This document shows positions 19,855 to 27,023 of a DNA stretch of 64,000 bases, piece by piece. A model generated the notes under the pieces. It did not search any database and had not been told where the DNA came from. It saw nothing but the letters and a program-made list of their open reading frames with translations. Every line of letters begins with the position of its first letter. Within the stretch, counting starts at the first letter, position 1. This DNA comes from Vicinamibacterales bacterium (GTDB taxonomy: Bacteria > Acidobacteriota > Vicinamibacteria > Vicinamibacterales > CAVVIG01), in assembly GCA_036489235.1 (NCBI GenBank), contig DASXGC010000334.1, positions 1,850-65,849 of the forward strand, given 5' to 3'. Made by a program: the position numbers and the translations under genes.

Positions 19855-21094
19855 GCGGCGCCCCACTGAACAGGTTCGGCCCGGCGGGTCGCGTCCAGGG
19901 AATCGCATTGCTCGCGCCAGGCGCGAACACCACTTGGAACAGCTGCATCGATCCCGTCGTGAATGCCGCTTCCGACCCGGCCAGATACAAGCGCCACGCG
20001 CGAACGAACGATTCGTCGAACATGTCTGTGACCTGATCTGCGGCCTCGTCAAACCGATGGTGCCAATGCTCCAGGGTCTTCGCATAGTGCAGCCGAAGAT
20101 TCTCGACGTCGAGCACCGACAAACCGCGGGGCTCGAGCACCTGCTCGAACACTTCGCGAAGCGCCGGCGGGTACGCGCCCGGAAAGATGCGCTTCCGGAT
20201 CCACCGATTCAGGAGCATCGGCTGATTCCGGCCGATGAAGTGCAAGAGGCCGCGTCCACGTGCGCCAAGACTGCGATCGATCACATCGCCCAGCGTCCGA
20301 AAGTCCGCGAGACCGACGTGTTCGAGCATGCCGACAGAGACAAACGCATCGTACCGGCCGCGAACGTTACGATAGTCGTCCTCAACGAACTCGATCCGTC
20401 CGGTGAGTCCTTCTTGCCTCGCGCGCTCGCGGGCGTAGGCAGTCTGCTCGGACGAAAGATTGAACGCTTTCACCGTGACGCCGTATCTCTTCGCCATGAA
20501 CAGCGCCAGCGATCCCCAGCCGCAACCCGCTTCAACGACGCGCTCGCCGGGCTGGAGATTGAGCTTGCGGCAAACGAGATCCATCTTGGCAATCTGCGCC
20601 TCTTCCAGCGTGCAGTCCGGGGTCGGAAAATACGCGCAGGTGTAGACCAGCTCCCGATCCAGCCAGAGCCTATAGAAGTCGTTGCCGAGGTCGTAGTGCT
20701 CGTGAACGTTTTCCTTGGCGGCAGATTCGTCGTTCGCCGAGGGCGACAGCCACCACGGGCGCGGCTTCGTGCCGAGCGCCCGGTAGGCGACTTCCAGCAG
20801 GCGCACGAGATCGCCGTGAATCTCGATCGCGCCGCTCATGTACGCCTCACCGAAGTTGAGTTCGGCATCCCAGACCCAACCGAAGAGCGCGCGGCGATTC
20901 TTGAACGCCACGGTGGTCATAGGCGAACCAGCGTCCGACGGCAACTCGAAGCCGTCCCACAACCGGAACCGAATGGGAGCGGATGAGACGGTCTGCTGAA
21001 TTCGCCTGAGCGCCCAGCGGTCGAGCGCCGTCGACCGAACGGCCGCCGTGTCACTCGAAAACGTCCGGTGTCCAAGGGCAGCACTCGCTCTCAT
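19841..21094 (-). CDS. Cyclopropane-fatty-acyl-phospholipid synthase family SAM-dependent methyltransferase
   Basis: CMAS-family motifs (VVEAGCGWGSLALFMAKRYGVTVKAFNLSSEQ). Start chosen at ATG 21094, preceded by GAGGGGAGGG. ATG 21199 lies upstream of the predicted promoter. Confidence 0.85.
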   Translation of the reverse strand: MRASAALGHRTFSSDTAAVRSTALDRWALRRIQQTVSSAPIRFRLWDGFELPSDAGSPMTTVAFKNRRALFGWVWDAELNFGEAYMSGAIEIHGDLVRLLEVAYRALGTKPRPWWLSPSANDESAAKENVHEHYDLGNDFYRLWLDRELVYTCAYFPTPDCTLEEAQIAKMDLVCRKLNLQPGERVVEAGCGWGSLALFMAKRYGVTVKAFNLSSEQTAYARERARQEGLTGRIEFVEDDYRNVRGRYDAFVSVGMLEHVGLADFRTLGDVIDRSLGARGRGLLHFIGRNQPMLLNRWIRKRIFPGAYPPALREVFEQVLEPRGLSVLDVENLRLHYAKTLEHWHHRFDEAADQVTDMFDESFVRAWRLYLAGSEAAFTTGSMQLFQVVFAPGASNAIPWTRPAGPNLFSGAPHGTM

Positions 21095-21182
21095 CGAACC
21101 CTCCCCTCTTGATCCTTCGGCGTCCTCTTCATCTGAACGTGTCTGGTCCGCGCATCGACGTCGGCCTGAACGAACATCCCGT

Positions 21183-21209
21183 TGCAGTTTGCCTGCCACT
21201 CGATTGCCA
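21183..21209 (-). promoter_or_regulatory. Two overlapping -24/-12 promoter-like sites for the cfa-like operon
   Basis: On the minus strand: TGGCAGG-CAAA-CTGCA (21183-21198) and TGGCAAT-CGAG-TGGCA (21194-21209). Both have GG-N10-GC spacing. Confidence 0.45.
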
Positions 21210-21274
21210 GCCGTGGCCCAGATCGTGGGATTTTAGGCTCGAGCGAGTTGAGCGGCCCGAAAAACCCCTGGGCA

Positions 21275-21292
21275 CCGCGCATTATTTCGCGG
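21275..21292. promoter_or_regulatory. Inverted repeat CCGCG-N8-CGCGG, candidate shared UAS
   Basis: CCGCG-CATTATTT-CGCGG. Its centre is about 87 bp from the minus-strand -24 (21197) and about 90 bp from the plus-strand -24 (21373). Confidence 0.4.
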
Positions 21293-21371
21293 CGCTCGAC
21301 CGTAGTTATGGCGTCAAATCATTCGAACCTTCTGACGACCGTCTCGGCAATGGTCTAGCCCATTGGTCTCC

Positions 21372-21387
21372 CGGCCTTCGGCTTGCA
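21372..21387 (+). promoter_or_regulatory. -24/-12 promoter-like site upstream of the USP-fragment ORF
   Basis: CGGCCTT-CGGC-TTGCA (GG-N10-GC, TTGCA), 39 nt before ATG 21426. Confidence 0.45.
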
Positions 21388-21425
21388 ACAGTCGACGTGG
21401 ACACTGCAAGAAGTGGTCGGTCGGC

Positions 21426-21854
21426 ATGACGTCAAGTCGTCGCGTGCTCTTCGCCTCGGATTTTTCAAAGGCATCACGGCGTGCGTTTACGACGGCCGTA
21501 GCGACGGCAAAAGCGTCGCGGTCGGGGCCCCGGCGTCGGGCCACGACCGGGTGGCGGCATTGGCGGCGTCTATCGACCGGGCGGCGCGGTGACGACGCCG
21601 AGGGTTATCGTGCGGTGAAGCCGGCGTACACGACCGAAGCGCTGTCCGAGAAGATCCACGGCACGGTCGTGCTCGAGTTCGTCGTGCAGGCCGACGGCCG
21701 GCCCGCCGACATTCGAGTCGCTCGTTCCCTGGATCGCGGATTGGACGAACAGGCGGTTCTTGCCGCACGCCAGTGGCGATTCGAACCTGGACGCCTCGCG
21801 GGTCGGCCGGTCGATGTCCTTGTCACGCTGGTCCTCGACTTCAATATTCGATGA
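21426..21854 (+). pseudogene. Chimeric or decayed ORF: a USP N-terminal fragment fused to a 5'-truncated, frameshifted TonB C-terminal domain
   Basis: The first ~30 aa (RRVLFASDFSKASRRAFTTAVATAKA) match USP N-termini. The TonB linker GGIGGVYRPGGAVTTPRVIVR is readable only in another frame (21502-21615, ending TGA 21616). The TonB_C domain VKPAYTTEALSEKIHGTVVLEFVV..ARQWRFEPG resumes in the ORF frame. A 1-nt loss in cgg(g)tg at about 21613-21617 explains the shift. No TM or Pro-rich N-terminus is present. Confidence 0.6.
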
Positions 21855-21862
21855 ATTGCGGA

Positions 21863-21880
21863 AGGGGCGGTCCTCTTTTT
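21863..21880 (+). terminator. Weak intrinsic terminator candidate
   Basis: AGGGG-CGGT-CCTCT stem (one G-U pair) followed by TTTT, 9 nt after the stop at 21854. Confidence 0.25.
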
Positions 21881-21905
21881 CGGGTCAGCGAAAGCGATAA
21901 GGCGG

Positions 21906-21933
21906 GCGTGCGCGTCACGCGTGGCGCGCACGC
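21906..21933. other. 28-nt near-perfect GC-rich palindrome between convergent genes
   Basis: GCGTGCGCG-T-CACGCGTG-G-CGCGCACGC. The only non-complementary pair is T/G. Confidence 0.6.
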
Positions 21934-22105
21934 AACCTTGCTTCCGTGTGTTCACGGTTCGGAAACGACGCGACCGCCACGGCAGCCGCCGATACGACGA
22001 CGATTGGTGGAAGGAACAACGAGATGAGAAAGATCCATTCAGCCGTGACGGCGACGCGAGGACGATTCCACGGCGGGCCGGCAAATTCCCGGCGCAAGCG
22101 CCCGG

Positions 22106-23473
22106 TCATGACGGCGTCGGGCGTTCCAGCTTGAACTTCTCTATCCGGTAGCGAATCTGGTCGCGATTGAGCCCGAGCAGCGTGGCGGCCTTCGTCTGGT
22201 TCCAGCCGCTTCGCTCCAGCGCCTGCACGACCAGCGAACGCTCGAGTTGTTCGAGGTCGACGCCGGTCGGCGGCAGGGGCACTCCCTCGGTGAGGCGCGA
22301 GCCCTCGCCGCCCACGGTGAAGTCCGCCGCGGTCAGTTCGGGGCCGTCGGCCAGCAGCATCGCGCGTTCGACGACGTTTCGGAGTTCGCGGATGTTTCCC
22401 GGCCACCCATACGTCTGAAGCCGCTTCATCGCGTCGTCCGACACCGAGCGGATGCGCTTGCGAAATTCCGTGTTGTAGCCGTCGATAAAGTAGTGCACCA
22501 GCGCGGGTATGTCGTCGGCCCTGGCGCGCAGCGGCGGAAGTACGATCGGCAGGACATTCAAGCGGTAATAGAGGTCCTCGCGAAAGCGTCCCTTCTTCAC
22601 TTCGTCTTCGAGCAGACGATTGGTCGCAGCGACCACTCGGACATCGACTTTGATGTCGGTCACGCCACCGACTCGCTTGAACGTCTTCTCTTCGAGGAAT
22701 CGCAGCATCTTGGCTTGTAGGCCGGGCGCCATCTCTCCGATCTCGTCGAGGAACACTGTGCCACCGTCAGCCGACTCGAGGAGGCCGCGCTTCTGCTGAC
22801 GCGCATCTGTGAAGGCGCCCCGCTCGTGGCCGAAGAGCTCGCTCTCGAGAATCTGCTCGGGGATCGCCGAGCAGGTGATATTCATGAAGGGCCGCGACGC
22901 ACGGTCGCTGGCGTAGTGCAGCACCTTGGCCGCCAGGTCCTTGCCGGTGCCGCTCTCGCCTGTCAGCAGCACGGTGGACGAGGGGCTGGACGCCACCTTC
23001 TGCAGGAGCGCCTTGGCGTTCGTGATCGCCTGGCTGTGCCCGACGATGCGATCGACGCTATAAGGCCGCGCCTGACTGGCGCGGAGCGTGCGCACTTCCC
23101 GGCGCAGTCGCGTGGTTTCGAGCGCTTTCTCGACCAGGAGCGCAATTTCATCGAGGTTGAACGGCTTATTGGCGTAGTGATACGCGCCCGCCTTCATCGC
23201 TTCGACCGCGGTCTCTACGCTCGAGAATCCGGTCAGCAGAATGACCAGCGTCTCTGCATCCGCAGCCTTGATCTTCCTGAGCACGTCGAGGCCGTCGCCA
23301 TCGGGCAGCTTGTAATCGAGGAGTACGAGGTCGACGCCTTCGGCGTGGCGCTCGAGCGCCGCGGCAGCAGTGTCGGCTTCAACCACCCGGTAGCCCATCG
23401 CAGAAAGGCGCTCGCTCAGCGACCAGCGAATCAGCTGCTCGTCGTCGACGACGAGGATCGTCGGTGTTGGCAT
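22106..23473 (-). CDS. Sigma-54-dependent Fis-family response regulator (NtrC-type enhancer-binding protein)
   Basis: Receiver domain ([21 protein letters not shown]), AAA+ domain ([18 protein letters not shown] variant of GAFTGA), Fis-type HTH ([23 protein letters not shown]). Confidence 0.9.
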   Translation of the reverse strand: MPTPTILVVDDEQLIRWSLSERLSAMGYRVVEADTAAAALERHAEGVDLVLLDYKLPDGDGLDVLRKIKAADAETLVILLTGFSSVETAVEAMKAGAYHYANKPFNLDEIALLVEKALETTRLRREVRTLRASQARPYSVDRIVGHSQAITNAKALLQKVASSPSSTVLLTGESGTGKDLAAKVLHYASDRASRPFMNITCSAIPEQILESELFGHERGAFTDARQQKRGLLESADGGTVFLDEIGEMAPGLQAKMLRFLEEKTFKRVGGVTDIKVDVRVVAATNRLLEDEVKKGRFREDLYYRLNVLPIVLPPLRARADDIPALVHYFIDGYNTEFRKRIRSVSDDAMKRLQTYGWPGNIRELRNVVERAMLLADGPELTAADFTVGGEGSRLTEGVPLPPTGVDLEQLERSLVVQALERSGWNQTKAATLLGLNRDQIRYRIEKFKLERPTPS

Positions 23474-23479
23474 GCGTGC

Positions 23480-23902
23480 CTAGTATATGCGTCCGTTCAG
23501 GGCGCGTTCGACCGCCGCGGCCAGGCCGGTCAGGTCGAAAGGCTTCGACACGATGCCCGAACCGAGTGCCGTCGCCTGCTGTGCGATCTCGGGCGTCATG
23601 AACGCGCTCATTATGATGACCGGCAGGGCCGGCGCCGCGGCGCGAATCCGCGACAGCACACCCAGATTTTGTGCGTCCGGCATGTCGAGCAGTACGAGAT
23701 CGCAACCAGTCCCCAGCGCCAGCGCGGACTGCGCATCGGCCGCTTCGATGACGTCAAATCCCCGCGTGCGCAAGGTTTCGCTCACCGCCCACCGGACCAG
23801 CCATTCGTCATCGACCACGAGCACGCGCGCTGCGAATTGTTGCCCGGAGTCCGCGGGATTTCCCGGCGTCTCCAGTCGCATACTCGTGTTTTCGCCCAGC
23901 AT
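23480..23902 (-). CDS. Single-domain response regulator (receiver only)
   Basis: ARVLVVDDEWLVRW..DLVLLDMPD..VIIMSAF..SKPFD. Its stop lies 6 nt upstream of the bEBP gene's start codon. Confidence 0.8.
   Translation of the reverse strand: MLGENTSMRLETPGNPADSGQQFAARVLVVDDEWLVRWAVSETLRTRGFDVIEAADAQSALALGTGCDLVLLDMPDAQNLGVLSRIRAAAPALPVIIMSAFMTPEIAQQATALGSGIVSKPFDLTGLAAAVERALNGRIY
23740..23876. repeat. Copy 1 of an imperfect ~135-bp direct repeat (5' part of the receiver gene)
   Basis: Aligns by eye with 24207-24341 at roughly three-quarters identity, e.g. GCTGCGAATTgTTgCCC..TCCGCgGGATTTCCCGG..CCAGT. Confidence 0.6.
23851..23866. promoter_or_regulatory. CGCG-N8 AT-core motif (candidate UAS) inside the receiver gene's 5' end
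   Basis: CCGCG-GGATTTCC-CGG, about 105 bp upstream of the -24 element at 23964. Confidence 0.3.
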
Positions 23903-23962
23903 TTCACTTCCCCAAACCTGCTAATCAAGAAGCCGGCCATGCATGGGGCGCGACGTGCGAAT

Positions 23963-23978
23963 CTGGCATCGCACTTGC
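23963..23978 (+). promoter_or_regulatory. -24/-12 (sigma-54-type) promoter-like site for the 64-aa membrane ORF
   Basis: TGGCATC-GCAC-TTGCG, the best consensus match in the window (TGGCA..TTGC, GG-N10-GC). It lies 33 nt before ATG 24011. Confidence 0.6.
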
Positions 23979-24010
23979 GGGTGTGCCGGCAGGAACGTCA
24001 AGGAGGGGTT

Positions 24011-24205
24011 ATGTCACACACTCTCACGGCAAATGTGCTCGGCTTCTTCGAGCATCTCGCGGCGATCGTCGTCGGATTCGTGCTGATGGTGATCGGGTTG
24101 GGCCTGGGCGTCACGATGATCATGCTGCCGCTCGGCCTCGTCATCGGTTTCATCGGCCTCGCGATGTTCGTCGCGGGTATGTGCGTCCGATTCGACTGGA
24201 TCTGA
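24011..24205 (+). CDS. Small membrane protein (64 aa, two predicted TM helices)
   Basis: AGGAGG sits 4 nt before the ATG. Sequence: MSHTLTANVLGFFEHLAAIVVGFVLMVIGLGLGVTMIMLPLGLVIGFIGLAMFVAGMCVRFDWI. It is preceded by a -24/-12 site and sits antisense within the kinase-receiver-bEBP gene string. Confidence 0.5.
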   Translation: MSHTLTANVLGFFEHLAAIVVGFVLMVIGLGLGVTMIMLPLGLVIGFIGLAMFVAGMCVRFDWI

Positions 24206-24206
24206 A

Positions 24207-24341
24207 ACCGCGTCGATCTCGTCGACCCCCGCGCGCAGGGTTCGTCCACTGTCCACAGGACGAGCCCTTTCGTGGGCGATCACGACGACGCCCGCTGCGA
24301 ATTCTTACCCAGCGTCCGCAGGATTTCCCGGTATCCCAGTG
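24207..24341 (-). pseudogene. Degenerate copy of the receiver gene's 5' end (repeat copy 2)
   Basis: Reads PGNPADAG*EFAAGVVVIAHERARPV.. against ETPGNPADSGQQFAARVLVVDDEWLVRW in the intact gene. It has an in-frame stop and has lost the DD acidic pocket. Confidence 0.55.
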
Positions 24342-24417
24342 GCAGAGTCGCACCCTGCCACTTCACGATCCCAACCAGCAGAATCACGAAACCGGCATCG
24401 GGAGAAACGACTCGAGA

Positions 24418-24810
24418 TCAGTGAATGGGGAGCGCCTCGGTGACGAGGTCAGCCATCTGATGGACTTCGAACGGCTTGTTGACCACGTGACGCGCGCCCA
24501 GTGCCAGCGCCTGCTCGATCATCTCCGCAGTGCTGTATGCCGTCATCATGATGACCGGAACGGATGGCGCATCGTGCCGAATGGAGGCGAGGAGTTGAAG
24601 GTCGTTGGAATCCGGCAGATGGTAGTCCAGCACCACGGCATCCGGCCTGGGGTGACCGTCCACGAAGGCGCTCCGCGCCGCGGTCGCGTCGACCGCCTCG
24701 GCAACAAGGTATCCCTTGGCCTCGAGTACCTCGCGCAACGCCCAGCGAATGAGCAGTTCGTCGTCGACAACGAGGACCAGGAGTCGTGGATCCGAACTTT
24801 TCAACGCCAA
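24418..24810 (-). CDS. Single-domain response regulator (receiver only)
   Basis: LLVLVVDDELLIRW..AVVLDYHLPDSND..VIMMTAY..NKPFE. TTG start with GGAG upstream. Confidence 0.8.
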   Translation of the reverse strand: MALKSSDPRLLVLVVDDELLIRWALREVLEAKGYLVAEAVDATAARSAFVDGHPRPDAVVLDYHLPDSNDLQLLASIRHDAPSVPVIMMTAYSTAEMIEQALALGARHVVNKPFEVHQMADLVTEALPIH

Positions 24811-24894
24811 TGGGAAAAATCTCCGATCGGCGGAGCAAAAACGACGTTATTCGGTCGCATGAACCGAGGGCGATCCAAGAAGCGGGCCGTACCG

Positions 24895-26355
24895 CTAGGG
24901 TTGAGCCTTAAGCGGCAGCTGAAGCAGGACCGTCGTGCCGCCGCTGTCCGGGCACAGCAATGCCATTGAACCGTTTTGGGCTTCCATAAACCGCCTGGCG
25001 GTGGAGAGTCCAAGTCCGGTACCGCGCGACTTGGTCGTGAAAAACGGGGTGAAGAGCTTTTCGCGCACCTCTGGGAGAATGCCCGGCCCTGAATCGACGA
25101 CCGCAATCGTGCCGCAGTCCCCAGAGGACCCGAGCTCGATCCGGACGCCGCCGCTCCCCTTCATCGCCTGCACGGCGTTCAAGAGGAGGTTCTGCAGGAT
25201 CAACTTCAGCAGCTCCGCATCTGCCGCCACAGGCGCAGACGTGCCCGTCACGGCGAATCCCACGCCGCGTGCCGTGGGATCCTGTCGCACCAGCTCAATC
25301 GCCGACAGCACAATTGGCTGGAGCTCGATCGACGCGATCTTCGGCCGCGGCGGTCGCGCGAACAGCAGCAAATCCTTCATCAGCTCGTTCAGCGCATCGA
25401 TCCGGGCGACGATCTCCTTGATCACCTCGGCGTCGCGGCTGCCCGCCGGCAGCCGTCCGCCGATGATCTGCACGGCGCCTCGGATCCCGGTCAGCGGATT
25501 CTTGACCTCATGTGCGACCACGGCGGCCATCTCGCCCAGTCGCTTCAACGCCTCCTGTTCACGTAACTGCGTCTCGAGCCGTACCCGCTCGGTCAGGTCG
25601 TGCAGGATGCCGGTGAACTTCTTCTCGCCGTCAATGGTCATTTCTCCGACCGAGAGCTGCAGCGGAAACGTCGACCCGTCCTTCCGGCGTCCCGTCACCT
25701 CCCGGCCGATGCCGATGATGTGCCGTTCACCGGTCGAAAGATGCCGCTTCAAGTACTGATCGTGTTCGGAACGGTACGGCTCCGGCATCAGCATGTTCAC
25801 GTTCTGTCCGACGACTTCCGCCGCGGAGAACCCGAAGAGCCGCGTGGCGGCGACATTCAACGATTCGACGCGACCCAGGTGATCGATCACGATGATCGCA
25901 TCCACCGCCGAGTCCACGACCGATCGATACCGTTCTTCGCTCGCATCGAACGCCGCGTGGATTCGCCTGGATTCGGTGATATCGCGGGCAATCGCCGACG
26001 CGCCGAGAATGCGTCCAGTGACGTCGAGAATGGGCGAGACAGTCAACGAGACCGTCAGCAATCGGCCGGCGCGAGTGCGCCGGACCGTCTCGTGCGAGGG
26101 GACTCGCCGGCCCGCCCGAATTTCGTCGAGGATCCGCCGAAACTCGCGCTGGTGCTCCTCGGGGATGATCAGGCTGATCGATCGCCCGATGGCGTCGGCG
26201 GCGCTGTAGCCGTACATCCGCTCCGCGGCCGCGTTCCAGCTGACGATCGTACCGTCCAGCGCCTTGCCGATGATCGCGTCATCCGATGACTCGACGATGG
26301 CGCGCAGCAGGCCGCCCGGCTCGTCGTCGGGCAGGAAACCGGGAGGAGAAGGCAT
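24895..26355 (-). CDS. Cytoplasmic PAS-PAS histidine kinase with a FixL-type haem-binding PAS domain
   Basis: The second PAS, GQNVNMLMPEPYRSEHDQYLKRHLSTGERHIIGIGREVTGRRKDGSTFPLQLSVGEM, closely resembles the haem-PAS of rhizobial FixL as I recall it (..ILMPEP.R..HD.Y..RY..T....IIGI.R.V.G.RKDG.TFPM.L..GEM). Candidate proximal His198 is at codon 25762-25764. HisKA motif AHEVKNPLTGI and an HATPase_c domain are present. No TM segment. Confidence 0.85.
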   Translation of the reverse strand: MPSPPGFLPDDEPGGLLRAIVESSDDAIIGKALDGTIVSWNAAAERMYGYSAADAIGRSISLIIPEEHQREFRRILDEIRAGRRVPSHETVRRTRAGRLLTVSLTVSPILDVTGRILGASAIARDITESRRIHAAFDASEERYRSVVDSAVDAIIVIDHLGRVESLNVAATRLFGFSAAEVVGQNVNMLMPEPYRSEHDQYLKRHLSTGERHIIGIGREVTGRRKDGSTFPLQLSVGEMTIDGEKKFTGILHDLTERVRLETQLREQEALKRLGEMAAVVAHEVKNPLTGIRGAVQIIGGRLPAGSRDAEVIKEIVARIDALNELMKDLLLFARPPRPKIASIELQPIVLSAIELVRQDPTARGVGFAVTGTSAPVAADAELLKLILQNLLLNAVQAMKGSGGVRIELGSSGDCGTIAVVDSGPGILPEVREKLFTPFFTTKSRGTGLGLSTARRFMEAQNGSMALLCPDSGGTTVLLQLPLKAQP

Positions 26356-26405
26356 CGGGCGTCCCTATGATAGCGGGGGTTTCATCGGATTGGCCGCCGC
26401 CGGAG

Positions 26406-26444
26406 GCGTGCGAAATACTCCGCAGGACCGCGGGAAATTCCCAC
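26406..26444. promoter_or_regulatory. Two adjacent AT-core motifs (candidate UAS) upstream of the tandem USP promoter
   Basis: GCGTGCGAAATACTCCGCAGG (26406-26426) and CCGCG-GGAAATTC-CCAC (26428-44, containing the palindrome GGGAA-A-TTCCC). They lie about 71-91 bp upstream of the -24 GG at 26507. Confidence 0.35.
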
Positions 26445-26505
26445 TTGCTGTTTCGGCGCGGTCCCTGGCTGCCTTGGGCATTCGCTCTGCCCGTGCCCAA
26501 AAGGA

Positions 26506-26521
26506 CGGCACGCAGAATGCT
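26506..26521 (+). promoter_or_regulatory. -24/-12 (sigma-54-type) promoter-like site for the tandem USP genes
   Basis: CGGCACG-CAGA-ATGCT (GG-N10-GC). Candidate starts are ATG 26532 (near-leaderless) and ATG 26544 (GGAGGA at 26534-39). Confidence 0.5.
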
Positions 26522-26543
26522 CCGTCGGTCCATGGAGGACAAG

Positions 26544-27023
26544 ATGATTGCGGTGAAAGACATTATGGTGGCGACCGACTTCGATCCAGCCTCTGAGGCG
26601 GCGCTCGCCTACGGTCGGACGCTCGCGCGAGCGTTCGGCGCCACGCTGCACCTGTTCCACGCGTCGGAGAACTTCTTCCTGCGCCCGTCCGCGATAGACC
26701 CGGCCGCCTTGAAGGCGAGCACCCAGCGGCGTCTCGAAGAGCGTCTGACGGACGTCGAACGCCGTAACCGGAGTGCCTGCGCTGCCCTGGTCACGTCCGA
26801 TCAGCCGGCCGACGCGATTATCGAGTACGCGAAGAGTGCCCAGATCGATCTGATCGTCATGGGCACTCACGGACGCACCGGCATTTCGCACGTGCTCATG
26901 GGAAGCGTTGCCGAGCATGTTGTACGCAGCGCCCCCTGCCCGGTCCTGACCGTGCGGCATCCGGAGCGCACATTCCTGGTGTCCGACGAGGCACCGGCGA
27001 CAAGGGAAACGAGGCCATCATGA
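26544..27023 (+). CDS. Universal stress protein
   Basis: MIAVKDIMVATDFDPASEAALAYGRTLA..LHLFHA; DLIVMGTHGRTGISHVLMGSVAEHVVRSAPCPVLTV. The upstream part of track ORF 26286.. is not USP-like. Confidence 0.85.
   Translation: MIAVKDIMVATDFDPASEAALAYGRTLARAFGATLHLFHASENFFLRPSAIDPAALKASTQRRLEERLTDVERRNRSACAALVTSDQPADAIIEYAKSAQIDLIVMGTHGRTGISHVLMGSVAEHVVRSAPCPVLTVRHPERTFLVSDEAPATRETRPS

Noticed and set aside
19855-20085. N-terminal extension of the flavoprotein ORF. Similar extensions occur at 21095-21199 (cfa-like), 28764-28850 (DHOD-like), 31197-31343 (globin), 26286-26543 (USP) and 41442-41495 (VOC).
   Set aside because: The extensions overlap upstream genes or predicted promoters and are not family-like. 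Internal starts give canonical N-termini, often with a Shine-Dalgarno sequence.
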